A DNA stretch of 63,333 bases, filler included, from Chthonomonadaceae bacterium (GTDB taxonomy: Bacteria > Armatimonadota > Chthonomonadetes > Chthonomonadales > Chthonomonadaceae): assembly GCA_035650735.1 (NCBI GenBank). It is 5 parts of 5 records of this genome, joined end to end, with 100 filler letters (N's around TTAATTAATTAA, not from the genome) between each part and the next. Parts side by side here need not be neighbours in the genome. Positions count along the whole stretch, not along the records: positions 1 to 6,738 come from DASRGZ010000043.1; positions 6,839 to 12,613 come from DASRGZ010000045.1; 3 more parts are not named here. One strand, given 5' to 3'. This document shows, in pieces, positions 1-9,147 of the stretch; the first letter of the stretch is position 1; every line of letters begins with the position of its first letter. The notes below the pieces were generated by a model. That model made no database searches. It saw only the letters and a list, made by a program, of their open reading frames with translations, and was not told where the DNA came from. Position numbers and translations under genes: made by a program.

Positions 1-1308
1 GAACTCCGCGATGCGCGCCCAGGGCTTGCGCAGCGGGGAGGCGGCCCCCAGCCAGACCTGCCCGCCGACGCGATCCGTCTTCTCCAGCACGAGTACCTCA
101 TGGCCGCGCAGGGCCGCCGTCAGCGCGCACTCCATGCCCGCCGGCCCCGCGCCCACCACGACCACGCGCCGTCTGCGTTCGGCAGGCGCGAGCTCAGCCC
201 AGGTAGTCTCACGGCTGGTCACCGGGTTATAGACGCAGCTCAGCCGTTCGGCCTGCCCATGACACGCCTGCATACAACGGGTACAGTAGCGAATATCGTC
301 CAACCGCCCTTCAAAGACTTTGCGCGCAAAGTGCGGATCGGCGACATGGGTTTTGGTCATGCAGACCACATCGAGCGCCCCTTCGACCAGCGCCCGCTCG
401 GCCATCTCCGGCGTGGAGATGCGGCCCGCGTGCATCAGGGGCAGGCGTGTGGCCTCTCGCAAATCCTTGACTAGCGGCAGCCATTCGCCTTCCGGTCGGG
501 GCATCGGGCCGTGATGGAAGCGGCCATCCCCGGCAGTCACGCTGATATAGTCCACCAGGCCCATCGGCTCCAGGCGGCGCACGAGCTCCCGGTACTCCGC
601 CGGGTCCATCCCGCGCTGGAGCACGTCGTCTACCTTCAGCCGCACGCCCAGGGGCAGGTCCGGCCCGATGGCGGCGCGCATGGCCTGCAGCGTCTCCACT
701 ACAAAACGCATGCGGTTTTCCAGGGAGCCGCCGTACGCGTCCGTGCGGGTATTCCAGAGCGGATTGAGCATCTGGGCGTGCAGGAAGAACTCATGGGCGT
801 GCAGCTCCAGTCCATCCACGCCGCCTTCGGCAGCGCGGCCCGCCGCCGTGCCGAAGGCGGCGACCATCTGCCGAAGCTCCTCCACCGTCAGTTCCCGGCG
901 CGGCCTCTCGGTGCGTACCGGATGCGTGGGCAGCGCCGCCGGCACCTCCTCGGCAATCGGCGGGCCGGGCAGCGGGAAATAGCCAGGATGAAAGAGTTGC
1001 GCGAAGACCTTCATTCCATGCCGATGTCCCGCCTCGGCCAGGGCGCGGTAGCGGGGAATAATGGCATCGTCTACGTTCTCCAGACACCTGTGCCCACGAT
1101 CCGGGGTGGTTGCCCCAATGACAAACAGCCCGACGCCGCCTTTGGCTCGCTCCTCCACATACGCGACGAAGGCGTCGCTGGGCAGTCCGCCGTCAACCCA
1201 CCATCCGGCGATATGGCCGCTGATAGCGATGCGGTTGCGCAGGGTAACCCCCTTGATGGTCAAGGGACGAAAGAGGTGAGGAAACTGGGTCTGACCTGTC
1301 TGGGGCAT
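1..1308 (-). CDS. NADH:flavin oxidoreductase (Old Yellow Enzyme/DCR-like) with 4Fe-4S and FAD/NAD domain, 3' partial
   Basis: Hand translation from ATG 1308: MPQTGQTQFPHLFRPLTIKGVTLRNRIAIS…ERAKGGVGL…NTRTDAYGGSLENRMRF…CTRCMQAC…VVVVGAGPAGMECA. It runs off the window edge, so the ORF track misses it. Confidence 0.9.
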   Translation of the reverse strand, partial: MPQTGQTQFPHLFRPLTIKGVTLRNRIAISGHIAGWWVDGGLPSDAFVAYVEERAKGGVGLFVIGATTPDRGHRCLENVDDAIIPRYRALAEAGHRHGMKVFAQLFHPGYFPLPGPPIAEEVPAALPTHPVRTERPRRELTVEELRQMVAAFGTAAGRAAEGGVDGLELHAHEFFLHAQMLNPLWNTRTDAYGGSLENRMRFVVETLQAMRAAIGPDLPLGVRLKVDDVLQRGMDPAEYRELVRRLEPMGLVDYISVTAGDGRFHHGPMPRPEGEWLPLVKDLREATRLPLMHAGRISTPEMAERALVEGALDVVCMTKTHVADPHFARKVFEGRLDDIRYCTRCMQACHGQAERLSCVYNPVTSRETTWAELAPAERRRRVVVVGAGPAGMECALTAALRGHEVLVLEKTDRVGGQVWLGAASPLRKPWARIAEF

Positions 1309-1517
1309 ATAGCGGAAATCCTTCCTTATCTCGGCATACTTACGGATACGACGGCCCTGCCATCAAGCCTGGCTGCCTTGCGAGGGCTCACCCTCCAGGC
1401 GCGGTACAAGCCCGCCCAAAACAAAGCCTCCAAAAAGCGCGCCGGGTCAGCAGGAGTGTTCGCTAAAGAGGCTAACTTCTCCTTGTGGAAGTCTGAACGT
1501 GACATCCAAACCGGAAA

Positions 1518-1658
1518 GCACCTTGCCCTTGCCGGGCACGGAAAGTACCCGGCTCTAGGGCCTGCGGCCAAGCGTCCTGGCGGACGCCCTGCCAACGTGT
1601 TCCGTCCGAAGGACGGTTGGCGGCGCAGCCGCCCTCTAGCCGGGGGGTTTCAACCCCT
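1518..1658. repeat. REP-like palindromic element, family B (GCCGGG-N11-CCCGGC)
   Basis: CCTTGCCGGGCACGGAAAGTACCCGGCTCTAGGGCCT and CCGTCCGAAGGACGGTTGGCGGC are shared with the element at 60256-60442. Confidence 0.85.
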
Positions 1659-1710
1659 AGACCTGTGTGGCCTACGGCCAGGCATCCTCACACCGACGAA
1701 AGGTTCAGAG

Positions 1711-3993
1711 ATGTCAAAGACGATCCTTGCATTACTCGCCCTCATCCTTTGCGCCGCAGGCGCGCGAGCGGCCGGTCCGCCGCTGGACGAGTTCGTGGGG
1801 CCGTTTCCCAGTTGGCGCAACGTCCAGCGCGATTATGGAGCTCGCGGGGATGGCAAGACGGACGACACCGCGGCCTTCCAGCGCGCCTTGAACGATCTCA
1901 CCCTGCACAAGCAGTTCTGCGTCCTCTACGTTCCGGCTGGAACCTACCGGCTCACCGGGACCATCAAGACCGAGCGCCATGCCCACACCGAGGGAATGGG
2001 CATGATGCTTGTAGGCGAGGACCCGGCGCGCTGCATCCTCCACTGGGACGGCCCGGCGGGCGGCACCCTGCTCCAGTGGGACGCCTGGTACTCTACGATC
2101 TCGCGCCTTACCCTCGACGGCGCCGGAAAGGCGGGAATCCTGCTCGCCTACGGACCGGCGTTCTCTACGTACAACGAGACTACGGATATGGTCTTTCAGG
2201 ACGCGGCGACCGGCGTCCAGATGGGCGTGGCAGATGCTGGTCAGGCGGAGAACATGGTCCTGCGATGTCAGTTCCGGCGCTGCTCCAACGCCGGGCTGAC
2301 GACGGTCAACTTCAATTCGATGGATATCTGGGCGTGGTACTGCCGCTTCAGCGATTGCGGCCACGCGCTCTACAACAGCGCCGGCAACTTCCATGCCTGG
2401 CAATGCCTCTTCGAGCGCTCCCACGTGGCGGACATCGGCACGGCGAACCTGATGGTCTTTTCGTTCGTGAACAATACCTCTATTGGATCGCGGCGCTTTA
2501 TGGACTTCGCCTCCGGCCACACCTGGGGCTCGCCCTGCTCGGTCACCGGAAACCGCATCCTGGAGCCGCTGGAAAGCCCGGCGATCCGCCTGGGAAACGG
2601 CGGGCCGTTTCTGCTCCTCGACAATATCATCCGAGCGCGGCTAGGGGCGAAGGGGCCGCTGGTCGAGATGACCTGGGGGGACCAGGCGCTCATCGGCAAC
2701 ACGTACTCGCTGCCAGAGGCGGTCAAGGAGGCGGGGCGCTTCCGCCGGATCGTCGAGAAGGTCGTGCCGGCCAGCCGCATCAAGGCAACAGCGCCGGAAC
2801 TGCCGGGGACGCCGCCGAAGCTGCGCCGGCCGGTCATCGAGGTCAAGGCGGGCGCCGATGCTGGCGCCATCCAGGCGGCTATCAACGAGGCCGCGCGGCT
2901 TAGAGATCGGCGGCCGGTCGTTCACCTGCCGATGGGCGTCTACCCGATTGACCATACACTGGTCGTGCCGGCGGGCAGCGATTTGCAACTCGTGGGCGAC
3001 GGCGCGGCCGAGACGGCGACGGTGCTGCGCTGGAGCGGCGCCGAGGGCGGCCTGGTGCTGCGACTCGATGGGCCGAGCCGGGCGACGGTGCGCGACCTGG
3101 CCATCGAGAGCGGACGCGCGAGCGGCCTGCTGGTGGCCGCCTGTGACCAGCCGGGCGGGTGGATCTACGGCGACCAGGTGAACGTCTCCGGTCAAGGGCC
3201 GGAGGAGAAGACGGAAGACGGCCTGCTGGTCAACGGCGTCGAGGAGAGCGACGTGACGCTGCTCTGCCACCAGGGCGGGAGCTACAGCCGCCGGTGGGTG
3301 CGGGTGATCGGCGGGCCGCGGCGGGCGGCGGGACGGGAGGCGCCGGGGCAGGCGGCGGTCTACAACGGCGCCACCGGCACGGCGGACGCCCAGTATGCCG
3401 TCGAGCGTGGCGGGCGGCTGATCGTGCGCGGCGTCTACCATGAGGTGGACGCCGACAGCCCGCAGGGGATTCTCCTCGCCGACCGCGGCACGCTCTCGGT
3501 GGATGCGACGCGCTTCTCCTACCGTACGGCACCCGACCGACCGCTGATCCTGGCCAATGGCTTCCGGGGAACGTTCACGCTGCTCACGGGTCTGCTGCTG
3601 CCGGTTGAGACGCAAGCGCCAGCGCGCGTCGAGATCACCGGCGATGGGCGGGAGTGCCGGGTGCTGTGCCTGGCGGATCTCTTCTGGCAGAACACCGGCA
3701 CGATCCACGCCGACGACGTGTGGCGCGACCGCGCGCAACCGGTGGCGCGGGCCGGCATGGCGCTCTGCAACGTCAATTACGCCTCCCAGGACACCACGCG
3801 CAAGAGCGGCTTCCAGACCCTGGAAGCGCGCGGCGTCACCGACGACGCCTTCATTCTCAGTATGCTGAGGCCGTTGCGGGCGGCACGGGTGCCGCTGCCG
3901 ACAGCCTCTCCCGCGGGCATAACGAACGTGCGCCTGCACCGGGTGCGCTGTACCGCCGGGCGGGGCACGGTGGCTGTCGAGTTCAGGCGTTGA
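1711..3993 (+). CDS. Secreted pectate-lyase-superfamily (Pectate_lyase_3/GH55-like) beta-helix protein
   Basis: Signal peptide MSKTILALLALILCAAGARA. Motif NVQRDYGARGDGKTDDTAAFQRAL…LYVPAGTY, with a second copy AIQAAINEA…VHLPMGVY. The 511-1710 part of the ORF overlaps the opposite-strand OYE gene and a repeat. Confidence 0.8.
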   Translation: MSKTILALLALILCAAGARAAGPPLDEFVGPFPSWRNVQRDYGARGDGKTDDTAAFQRALNDLTLHKQFCVLYVPAGTYRLTGTIKTERHAHTEGMGMMLVGEDPARCILHWDGPAGGTLLQWDAWYSTISRLTLDGAGKAGILLAYGPAFSTYNETTDMVFQDAATGVQMGVADAGQAENMVLRCQFRRCSNAGLTTVNFNSMDIWAWYCRFSDCGHALYNSAGNFHAWQCLFERSHVADIGTANLMVFSFVNNTSIGSRRFMDFASGHTWGSPCSVTGNRILEPLESPAIRLGNGGPFLLLDNIIRARLGAKGPLVEMTWGDQALIGNTYSLPEAVKEAGRFRRIVEKVVPASRIKATAPELPGTPPKLRRPVIEVKAGADAGAIQAAINEAARLRDRRPVVHLPMGVYPIDHTLVVPAGSDLQLVGDGAAETATVLRWSGAEGGLVLRLDGPSRATVRDLAIESGRASGLLVAACDQPGGWIYGDQVNVSGQGPEEKTEDGLLVNGVEESDVTLLCHQGGSYSRRWVRVIGGPRRAAGREAPGQAAVYNGATGTADAQYAVERGGRLIVRGVYHEVDADSPQGILLADRGTLSVDATRFSYRTAPDRPLILANGFRGTFTLLTGLLLPVETQAPARVEITGDGRECRVLCLADLFWQNTGTIHADDVWRDRAQPVARAGMALCNVNYASQDTTRKSGFQTLEARGVTDDAFILSMLRPLRAARVPLPTASPAGITNVRLHRVRCTAGRGTVAVEFRR

Positions 3994-4022
3994 TGCAACG
4001 CGGATGAAAAAAGGAGAACCAG

Positions 4023-4535
4023 ATGGACCAGCTCGCAATGCGCCGCCCAAACCTGGAGGGCCTGCCGGAGATACCCTCCCTGCCGCCCGGCTATACCCTG
4101 CGCGCGCGCCGGGAGGGAGATCTGGAGGGGCTGGCCGCGCTGCTGCAGCGTGCCTTTCCCGAGACGGAGTGGACGCCGGCCAGGGCGCACGCCGAGCTGG
4201 TCACCGACCCGGACGTGAAGCAGACGTTCGTGATCCTCTTTGCAGGCCAGCCGGTGGCGACGGCCTCGGCGCTGGTTCCGGCACGCTCGCCCGAAGTCGG
4301 TACCATCCACTGGGTCGGCGTCGACCCGGCCCACAGGGGCCAGAGGCTGGGCTACCTGATCTCGCTGGCGGTGCTGAACGAGTTCGTTCGCCTGGGCTGC
4401 ACGTCCGCCCAACTGCTTACCGATGATCATCGCCTCCCGGCCATCAAGACCTACCTGAAACTTGGCTTTGTCCCCGAACTGCGCGGCGAGTCGCACGGAG
4501 AACGCTGGGCCAGGATTACCGCCCTCTTGCCCTAA
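4023..4535 (+). CDS. GNAT family N-acetyltransferase
   Basis: VGVDPAHRGQRLG acetyl-CoA motif; AIKTYLKLGF; AAGGAG RBS upstream. Confidence 0.88.
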   Translation: MDQLAMRRPNLEGLPEIPSLPPGYTLRARREGDLEGLAALLQRAFPETEWTPARAHAELVTDPDVKQTFVILFAGQPVATASALVPARSPEVGTIHWVGVDPAHRGQRLGYLISLAVLNEFVRLGCTSAQLLTDDHRLPAIKTYLKLGFVPELRGESHGERWARITALLP

Positions 4536-4570
4536 TCCATGCCCAATGCTTCAGGAAAGGAGTTTATGCG

Positions 4571-5389
4571 ATGCAGCCAGAAGAGGTGTTGCGCGGAAAA
4601 GTCTGCCTGATTACGGGTGCTTCCCGCGCGCTCGGCGCCGAGATCGCGCGAACCCTGGCGCGCTGCGGCGCGAAGATCGCCGTCAACTATCGGCAGTCGG
4701 CAGACGCCGCCCATGCTCTCTGTGCAGAGTTGAGCGCGCGGGGCGGTACGGCGATCCCATTACAAGCGGACGTATCCCTCCCGGAGGATGTCTCGCGTCT
4801 GGTCGCCACAACCTGGGAAACGCTCGGTCCGATTGACGTGCTGGTGAATAACGCCGGGCCATATGGGGAGACGCCGTTTTTGGATCTGTCGGTAGCCGAC
4901 TTTGACCAAATTATGGCCGCCAATGTGCGGGCGACCTTCCTGGTCACCCAGGCCGCCGGACGGCACATGAAGGCGCGGGGACAGGGATACGTGATCAACA
5001 TTGCGGCAACGGACATCTTCCACCGCAGCCACTCCGTCTACGGCCTGGCGAAATCCGGCGTGGTCTACCTGACGGAAGCGCTGGCGCGGGAACTGGCTCC
5101 CGAAGTGCGCGTCAACGCCATTGCGCCCGACCTCATCGCAGATAACGAAGGGATGGATGCCGTCTTCGTGCGGCAGGTGGTGACGGCCACGCCTCTGGGT
5201 CGGCTGGTGACCCGCGCCGAGATAGCCGAGATGGTCTGTCTGCTCTGCACGCCGGCGTTTGATATTGTCACCGGCCACACCATTGTCATGGATGGCGGGC
5301 GCAGCATCCCGCGTATCGCCATGGGGCCAGAGACAGGAAGGGTTGAGGCCGAAACGGATAGCGCTGCCCCTACAGGCCCGGAAAAATAA
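4571..5389 (+). CDS. Short-chain dehydrogenase/reductase
   Basis: TGASRALG, LVNNAG, YGLAK, VRVNAIAP, TGHTIVMDGG. Confidence 0.92.
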   Translation: MQPEEVLRGKVCLITGASRALGAEIARTLARCGAKIAVNYRQSADAAHALCAELSARGGTAIPLQADVSLPEDVSRLVATTWETLGPIDVLVNNAGPYGETPFLDLSVADFDQIMAANVRATFLVTQAAGRHMKARGQGYVINIAATDIFHRSHSVYGLAKSGVVYLTEALARELAPEVRVNAIAPDLIADNEGMDAVFVRQVVTATPLGRLVTRAEIAEMVCLLCTPAFDIVTGHTIVMDGGRSIPRIAMGPETGRVEAETDSAAPTGPEK

Positions 5390-5416
5390 GCAGGACGAGG
5401 AAGGAGGATTTGCGAG

Positions 5417-6568
5417 ATGGCGGGAGGCAAGCTGCGCGTGGGAATCGCAGGCGGGCGGGGCGCGGCGCTGCTGGCGGGGCTGCGCTCGGCGCCGCAGGCG
5501 GAAGTGGTCGCCTTCTGTGAGCAGGACGAAGGGCGGCTGCGCCGGGAGGCCGATCACTATGCGGTTCCGCTGCGGTTCACCCGCTTTGCGGAAATGCTCG
5601 ACGCCGTAGATGCCGTCGTGATCGCCACGCCCATGCAGCTCCATGTGCCCCAAAGCCTGCTGGCGCTGCAGGCGGGAAAGCACGTCCTCTCCGAGGTGAC
5701 GGCTGCGGTTTCGTTGGAGGAGTGCTGGCGGCTGCTGGATGCGGTGCGCGCCTCCGGCAAGACCTATATGCTCGCCGAGAACGTCTGCTACACGCGCGAG
5801 AACGTGCTTGTCCGGGAGATGGCGCGTAAAGGGCTGTTTGGCGAGCTCTACTTTGGGGAAGGCGAGTACCTGCATGAGGTCCGCTCTTTGCACCACACCG
5901 CCGACGGACACCCCACCTGGCGCTACTACTGGCAGGTCGGCGTCAACGGCTGCACCTACGGCACGCACAGCCTGGGGCCGGTGATGCAGTGGTTTACCGC
6001 TGCCGATCCGACCGAGCGCATCGCCTCCGTGGTCTGCCTGGGCTCCGGGCGGCATACCGATCCCCAGCATCCCCAGGAAGATACCACGATCACGCTTGGC
6101 AAGCTCAAAAGCGGCAAACTCATTCGCATCCGCCTGGATATGCTTTCTAACCGCCCCTATGCCCTCAACTTCACGCTGCAGGGCACGCATGGCGTCTATG
6201 AGAGCGCACGCCTCTATGGCGAGCCGGGCAAAATCTGGATCGGCGCCAACCGGGAGGGGGAAGAGCGGCGCTGGTGTCCGCTGGCCGAGTTTGAGGAGCA
6301 CCTGCCCGCCGCATGGCGCCATCTCTGCCAGGAGGCGCAGCAGGCCGGGCATGGCGGCAGCGACTATCATACCGGCCGCCTCTTCGTGGAGGCGGTGCTG
6401 CGCGGTGAGCCTGCCCCGATCGATATATACACCGCTCTGGAGTGGACGGCGGCGGGCCTCTGCTCTCAAATTTCGATTGCCAACGGCGGCGTGCCCATCC
6501 AGGTGCCCGATTTCCGCGATCCCGGCCAGCGCCCGGTCTGGCTGGATGCGCCGCTAGCCAGGCCCTGA
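5417..6568 (+). CDS. Gfo/Idh/MocA family oxidoreductase
   Basis: DAVVIATP…H…ALQAGKHVLSEV, YMLAEN, GEGEYLH, GHGGSD. Confidence 0.9.
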   Translation: MAGGKLRVGIAGGRGAALLAGLRSAPQAEVVAFCEQDEGRLRREADHYAVPLRFTRFAEMLDAVDAVVIATPMQLHVPQSLLALQAGKHVLSEVTAAVSLEECWRLLDAVRASGKTYMLAENVCYTRENVLVREMARKGLFGELYFGEGEYLHEVRSLHHTADGHPTWRYYWQVGVNGCTYGTHSLGPVMQWFTAADPTERIASVVCLGSGRHTDPQHPQEDTTITLGKLKSGKLIRIRLDMLSNRPYALNFTLQGTHGVYESARLYGEPGKIWIGANREGEERRWCPLAEFEEHLPAAWRHLCQEAQQAGHGGSDYHTGRLFVEAVLRGEPAPIDIYTALEWTAAGLCSQISIANGGVPIQVPDFRDPGQRPVWLDAPLARP

Positions 6569-6597
6569 ACCTCCCCTCACGCGGCGGGAGAGCGACG

Positions 6598-6738
6598 ACC
6601 TAACCCCCCGTTCCCCACTGCCAGGGTCGGCGCTACAATGGTTCGGGTCACTGCCAGGGTCGGGCCTGCAATAATTCGGCCCTCCGCCTTGCGACACCTT
6701 ACGGCCCTACTGCGTTCGCTTCGCTCACAGGGAAGGGG
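6598..6738. repeat. Composite palindromic repeat at contig end
   Basis: Begins ACCTAACCCCCC, contains two tandem CACTGCCAGGGTCGG units, ends GGGAAGGGG at the gap. Confidence 0.7.
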
Positions 6739-6838
6739 NNNNNNNNNNNNNNNNNNNNNNNNNNNNNNNNNNNNNNNNNNNNTTAATTAATTAANNNNNN
6801 NNNNNNNNNNNNNNNNNNNNNNNNNNNNNNNNNNNNNN
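6739..6838. other. Artificial contig spacer
   Basis: 100 nt of N with central TTAATTAATTAA. Confidence 0.99.
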
Positions 6839-6998
6839 GGAACTGGATGGACAGGATTAGAGAAAGAGGGAGAAAGGCTTGGCCGTGCGGTGGAAATCCA
6901 GTTAATCTCGTTAATCCCGTCTGATTTTCTCTTGGTCTTTCTCCGTGACTCCTCCGTGTCTCCGTGCCTCTAGCGCAGCAGGTGGTTTATATTCTCTT

Positions 6999-7793
6999 CT
7001 AGCGGGCGGCTTTGGCGGCGTCGGCGACGGCGCGGGCCACCTTCAGGTTGGCGTTGACGGCGTCCCAATCTATCACCTGGAAGAAGGCGTCAATGTATTT
7101 GCCGCGATTGCGCCCGAAGTCAATGAAGTAGGCGTGCTCGTAGACATCCAGGCCCAGGATGGGCGTGGCGTCCCAGACCGGGAACATATTCTGGGCGTCG
7201 CCGATGTAGTTGAAAAGGCTGCCGTCGCTATGGTCGAGGGCCAGCCAGGCCCAGCCGCGCCCGGCCAGGCCCGTCGCCTTGAGATCGGCTTTCCAGTTGT
7301 CGTAGGAGCCGAAGGCGGCGTTGATGGCCTCGGCGACGGGGCCATCCGGCGCGCCGCCCTTGCCGCCCAGATGGTTGAAGTAGAGCTCGTGGTTTTTGAC
7401 CCCGCCGAGCGCAAAGGTGTATTCCACCTTCAACTCGCGGATGTCGCTGTACGTCTGGTTGGCTTTGGTCGGGTCGGGAACGCCGAGGCCGGCCAGCTTG
7501 CCGCGTATCTCGTTGACCTTGGCGACGTAGCCCTTGTAGAGCTCGTAATGCTCCTCATGGGTCTTGCGGCTAATGCCCGCCCCGGCGGTGTTAAAGACCT
7601 TCTCCGGCAGGGGCATGGCATTAATGGTGAGCGGCGTGCTGCCTTTGGCCGGCGTATCCTGGGGCGCAAGGAGCTCGGCGGCATTGGCCGATTCGATGCC
7701 GGTAACGGCGGCGAGCGCGGTCGCTCCCGTCACGGCGCCAAGGGTCAGAAATCGGCGGCGATCCATCCTGGGCGCGTTCGATTCGTGGTTCAT
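6999..7793 (-). CDS. Fe/Mn superoxide dismutase family protein with Tat signal peptide
   Basis: DRRRFLTLG twin-arginine signal; HEEHYELY, NHELYF, GRGWAWL, LDVYEHAY. Confidence 0.9.
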   Translation of the reverse strand: MNHESNAPRMDRRRFLTLGAVTGATALAAVTGIESANAAELLAPQDTPAKGSTPLTINAMPLPEKVFNTAGAGISRKTHEEHYELYKGYVAKVNEIRGKLAGLGVPDPTKANQTYSDIRELKVEYTFALGGVKNHELYFNHLGGKGGAPDGPVAEAINAAFGSYDNWKADLKATGLAGRGWAWLALDHSDGSLFNYIGDAQNMFPVWDATPILGLDVYEHAYFIDFGRNRGKYIDAFFQVIDWDAVNANLKVARAVADAAKAAR

Positions 7794-7846
7794 TGGTCCA
7801 ATCTCCTTCCTGGGTGGCTTGGTGGCGCGCGGCAGGGCGCGCCGGT

Positions 7847-9106
7847 CTATTCCATCTCGGCAGGCTCGACGGCAGTGCCGACGGTGCGGTCGGAGCGCAT
7901 GGCTTCGCGCAGGCGCCGCAGGACGCGGCCCGCGATCTCGTCGAAGCGCAGTTCGTCGGTGAGCAGGCGCGTGGCCGTGCGGGTCGCGCCGGGCCGCTTG
8001 ACGCCATGCTTATAGCAGAAGCCCGGCCACTGATAGAAGAACTTGGCGAACTTGAGCGCCGCATCGAAATTGGCGCGGAATTCGGCGGCGATGGCCTTTG
8101 TGTAGCCGGCGCTATTGTCCTCCAGAAGGCAGCGGGCGGCGATCTTTCCGCTCTTGAGGGCATGAAGGATGCCATCGCCAAAGCAGGGATTGATCAGTCC
8201 CGCCGCGTCGCCGGCCAGCAGCACGCGGTTATCGCGGGTTTGCAGCGTATCCAGGCCGTTCCAGATGGGCAGCGGATGGGCATAATAGCGGAGCTCGTCG
8301 GGGCGCCGGGGCACGCCGAGCGCCTCCAGATAGCCGTGAATGGCCCGATGCAGTTCCGCGCGCACCGTGTTGCCGCCGCTTTCGGCCTCCTTGTGCGGAC
8401 GGAACACGCCCGCGCCGACGTTGAGATGGTCGGCTTTGGGGAAGACCCAGGCGTAGCCGCGCCGCACCGCGCCGTACTCCAGGTGGCAGACATCCCGGCG
8501 CAGCTCGGGATGCCCCTCGCCCCAGGTATGGGGCACCTCCGCTTCGATGGCGATAGCCAGCGCGCGGCTGCGGCGCAGGTGAAACGACCGGGCAACGATG
8601 CCGTTCGCGCCGTCCGCGCCGATCAGCCTGTCCGCCGTCGCCTCCCACGTGCCCGCTTTACCCTCCGCCCGAACGCGCACCCGCCGACCGTTCTCCACCT
8701 CCACGCACGTCAGCGGCAGGCCGTCGCGCAGATCGGCGCCGGCGCGGGCGGCGCGTTGGGCCAGCGCGTTATCGAAGACCGAGCGGCGCACCATCCAGAG
8801 CGAGCGCGGGCGCTCCGGATCGTCTTCCTCCAGGTTCATCGGCGCTATGTATGGATCGGCGAAGTGAAAGGTATGACGCATGTAGCGCGTATCGGACTCG
8901 ACAAAGGCGTTCGGGGGTAGGTCGGACAATTCTTCGAGCGCCAGTAGCCGCCCGACGGTCATGGGCATGCCGCCGCCGCAGGTCTTATGACGCGGCAAGG
9001 TCTGCTTTTCGAGGAGGGCGACTTTCGCGCCGGCCCGCGCCAACTCAAAGGTCGCCGCATTGCCTGCCGGTCCTGCGCCCACGACAACCACATCGTAATG
9101 CTGCAT
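7847..9106 (-). CDS. Geranylgeranyl reductase family FAD-dependent oxidoreductase
   Basis: YDVVVVGAGPAG, PRHKTCGGG, IGADGANG, GYAWVFPK, LAGDAAG…GDGI. Start may instead be 9127. Confidence 0.88.
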   Translation of the reverse strand: MQHYDVVVVGAGPAGNAATFELARAGAKVALLEKQTLPRHKTCGGGMPMTVGRLLALEELSDLPPNAFVESDTRYMRHTFHFADPYIAPMNLEEDDPERPRSLWMVRRSVFDNALAQRAARAGADLRDGLPLTCVEVENGRRVRVRAEGKAGTWEATADRLIGADGANGIVARSFHLRRSRALAIAIEAEVPHTWGEGHPELRRDVCHLEYGAVRRGYAWVFPKADHLNVGAGVFRPHKEAESGGNTVRAELHRAIHGYLEALGVPRRPDELRYYAHPLPIWNGLDTLQTRDNRVLLAGDAAGLINPCFGDGILHALKSGKIAARCLLEDNSAGYTKAIAAEFRANFDAALKFAKFFYQWPGFCYKHGVKRPGATRTATRLLTDELRFDEIAGRVLRRLREAMRSDRTVGTAVEPAEME

Positions 9107-9147
9107 TCGCTTTCCTATTTCACGCAAAGGGATTAAGCTTCAGGTAA

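Noticed and set aside
511..1710. N-terminal 400 aa of the 1160-aa ORF
   Set aside because: Antisense shadow of the OYE gene plus a repeat; the signal peptide starts at 1711.
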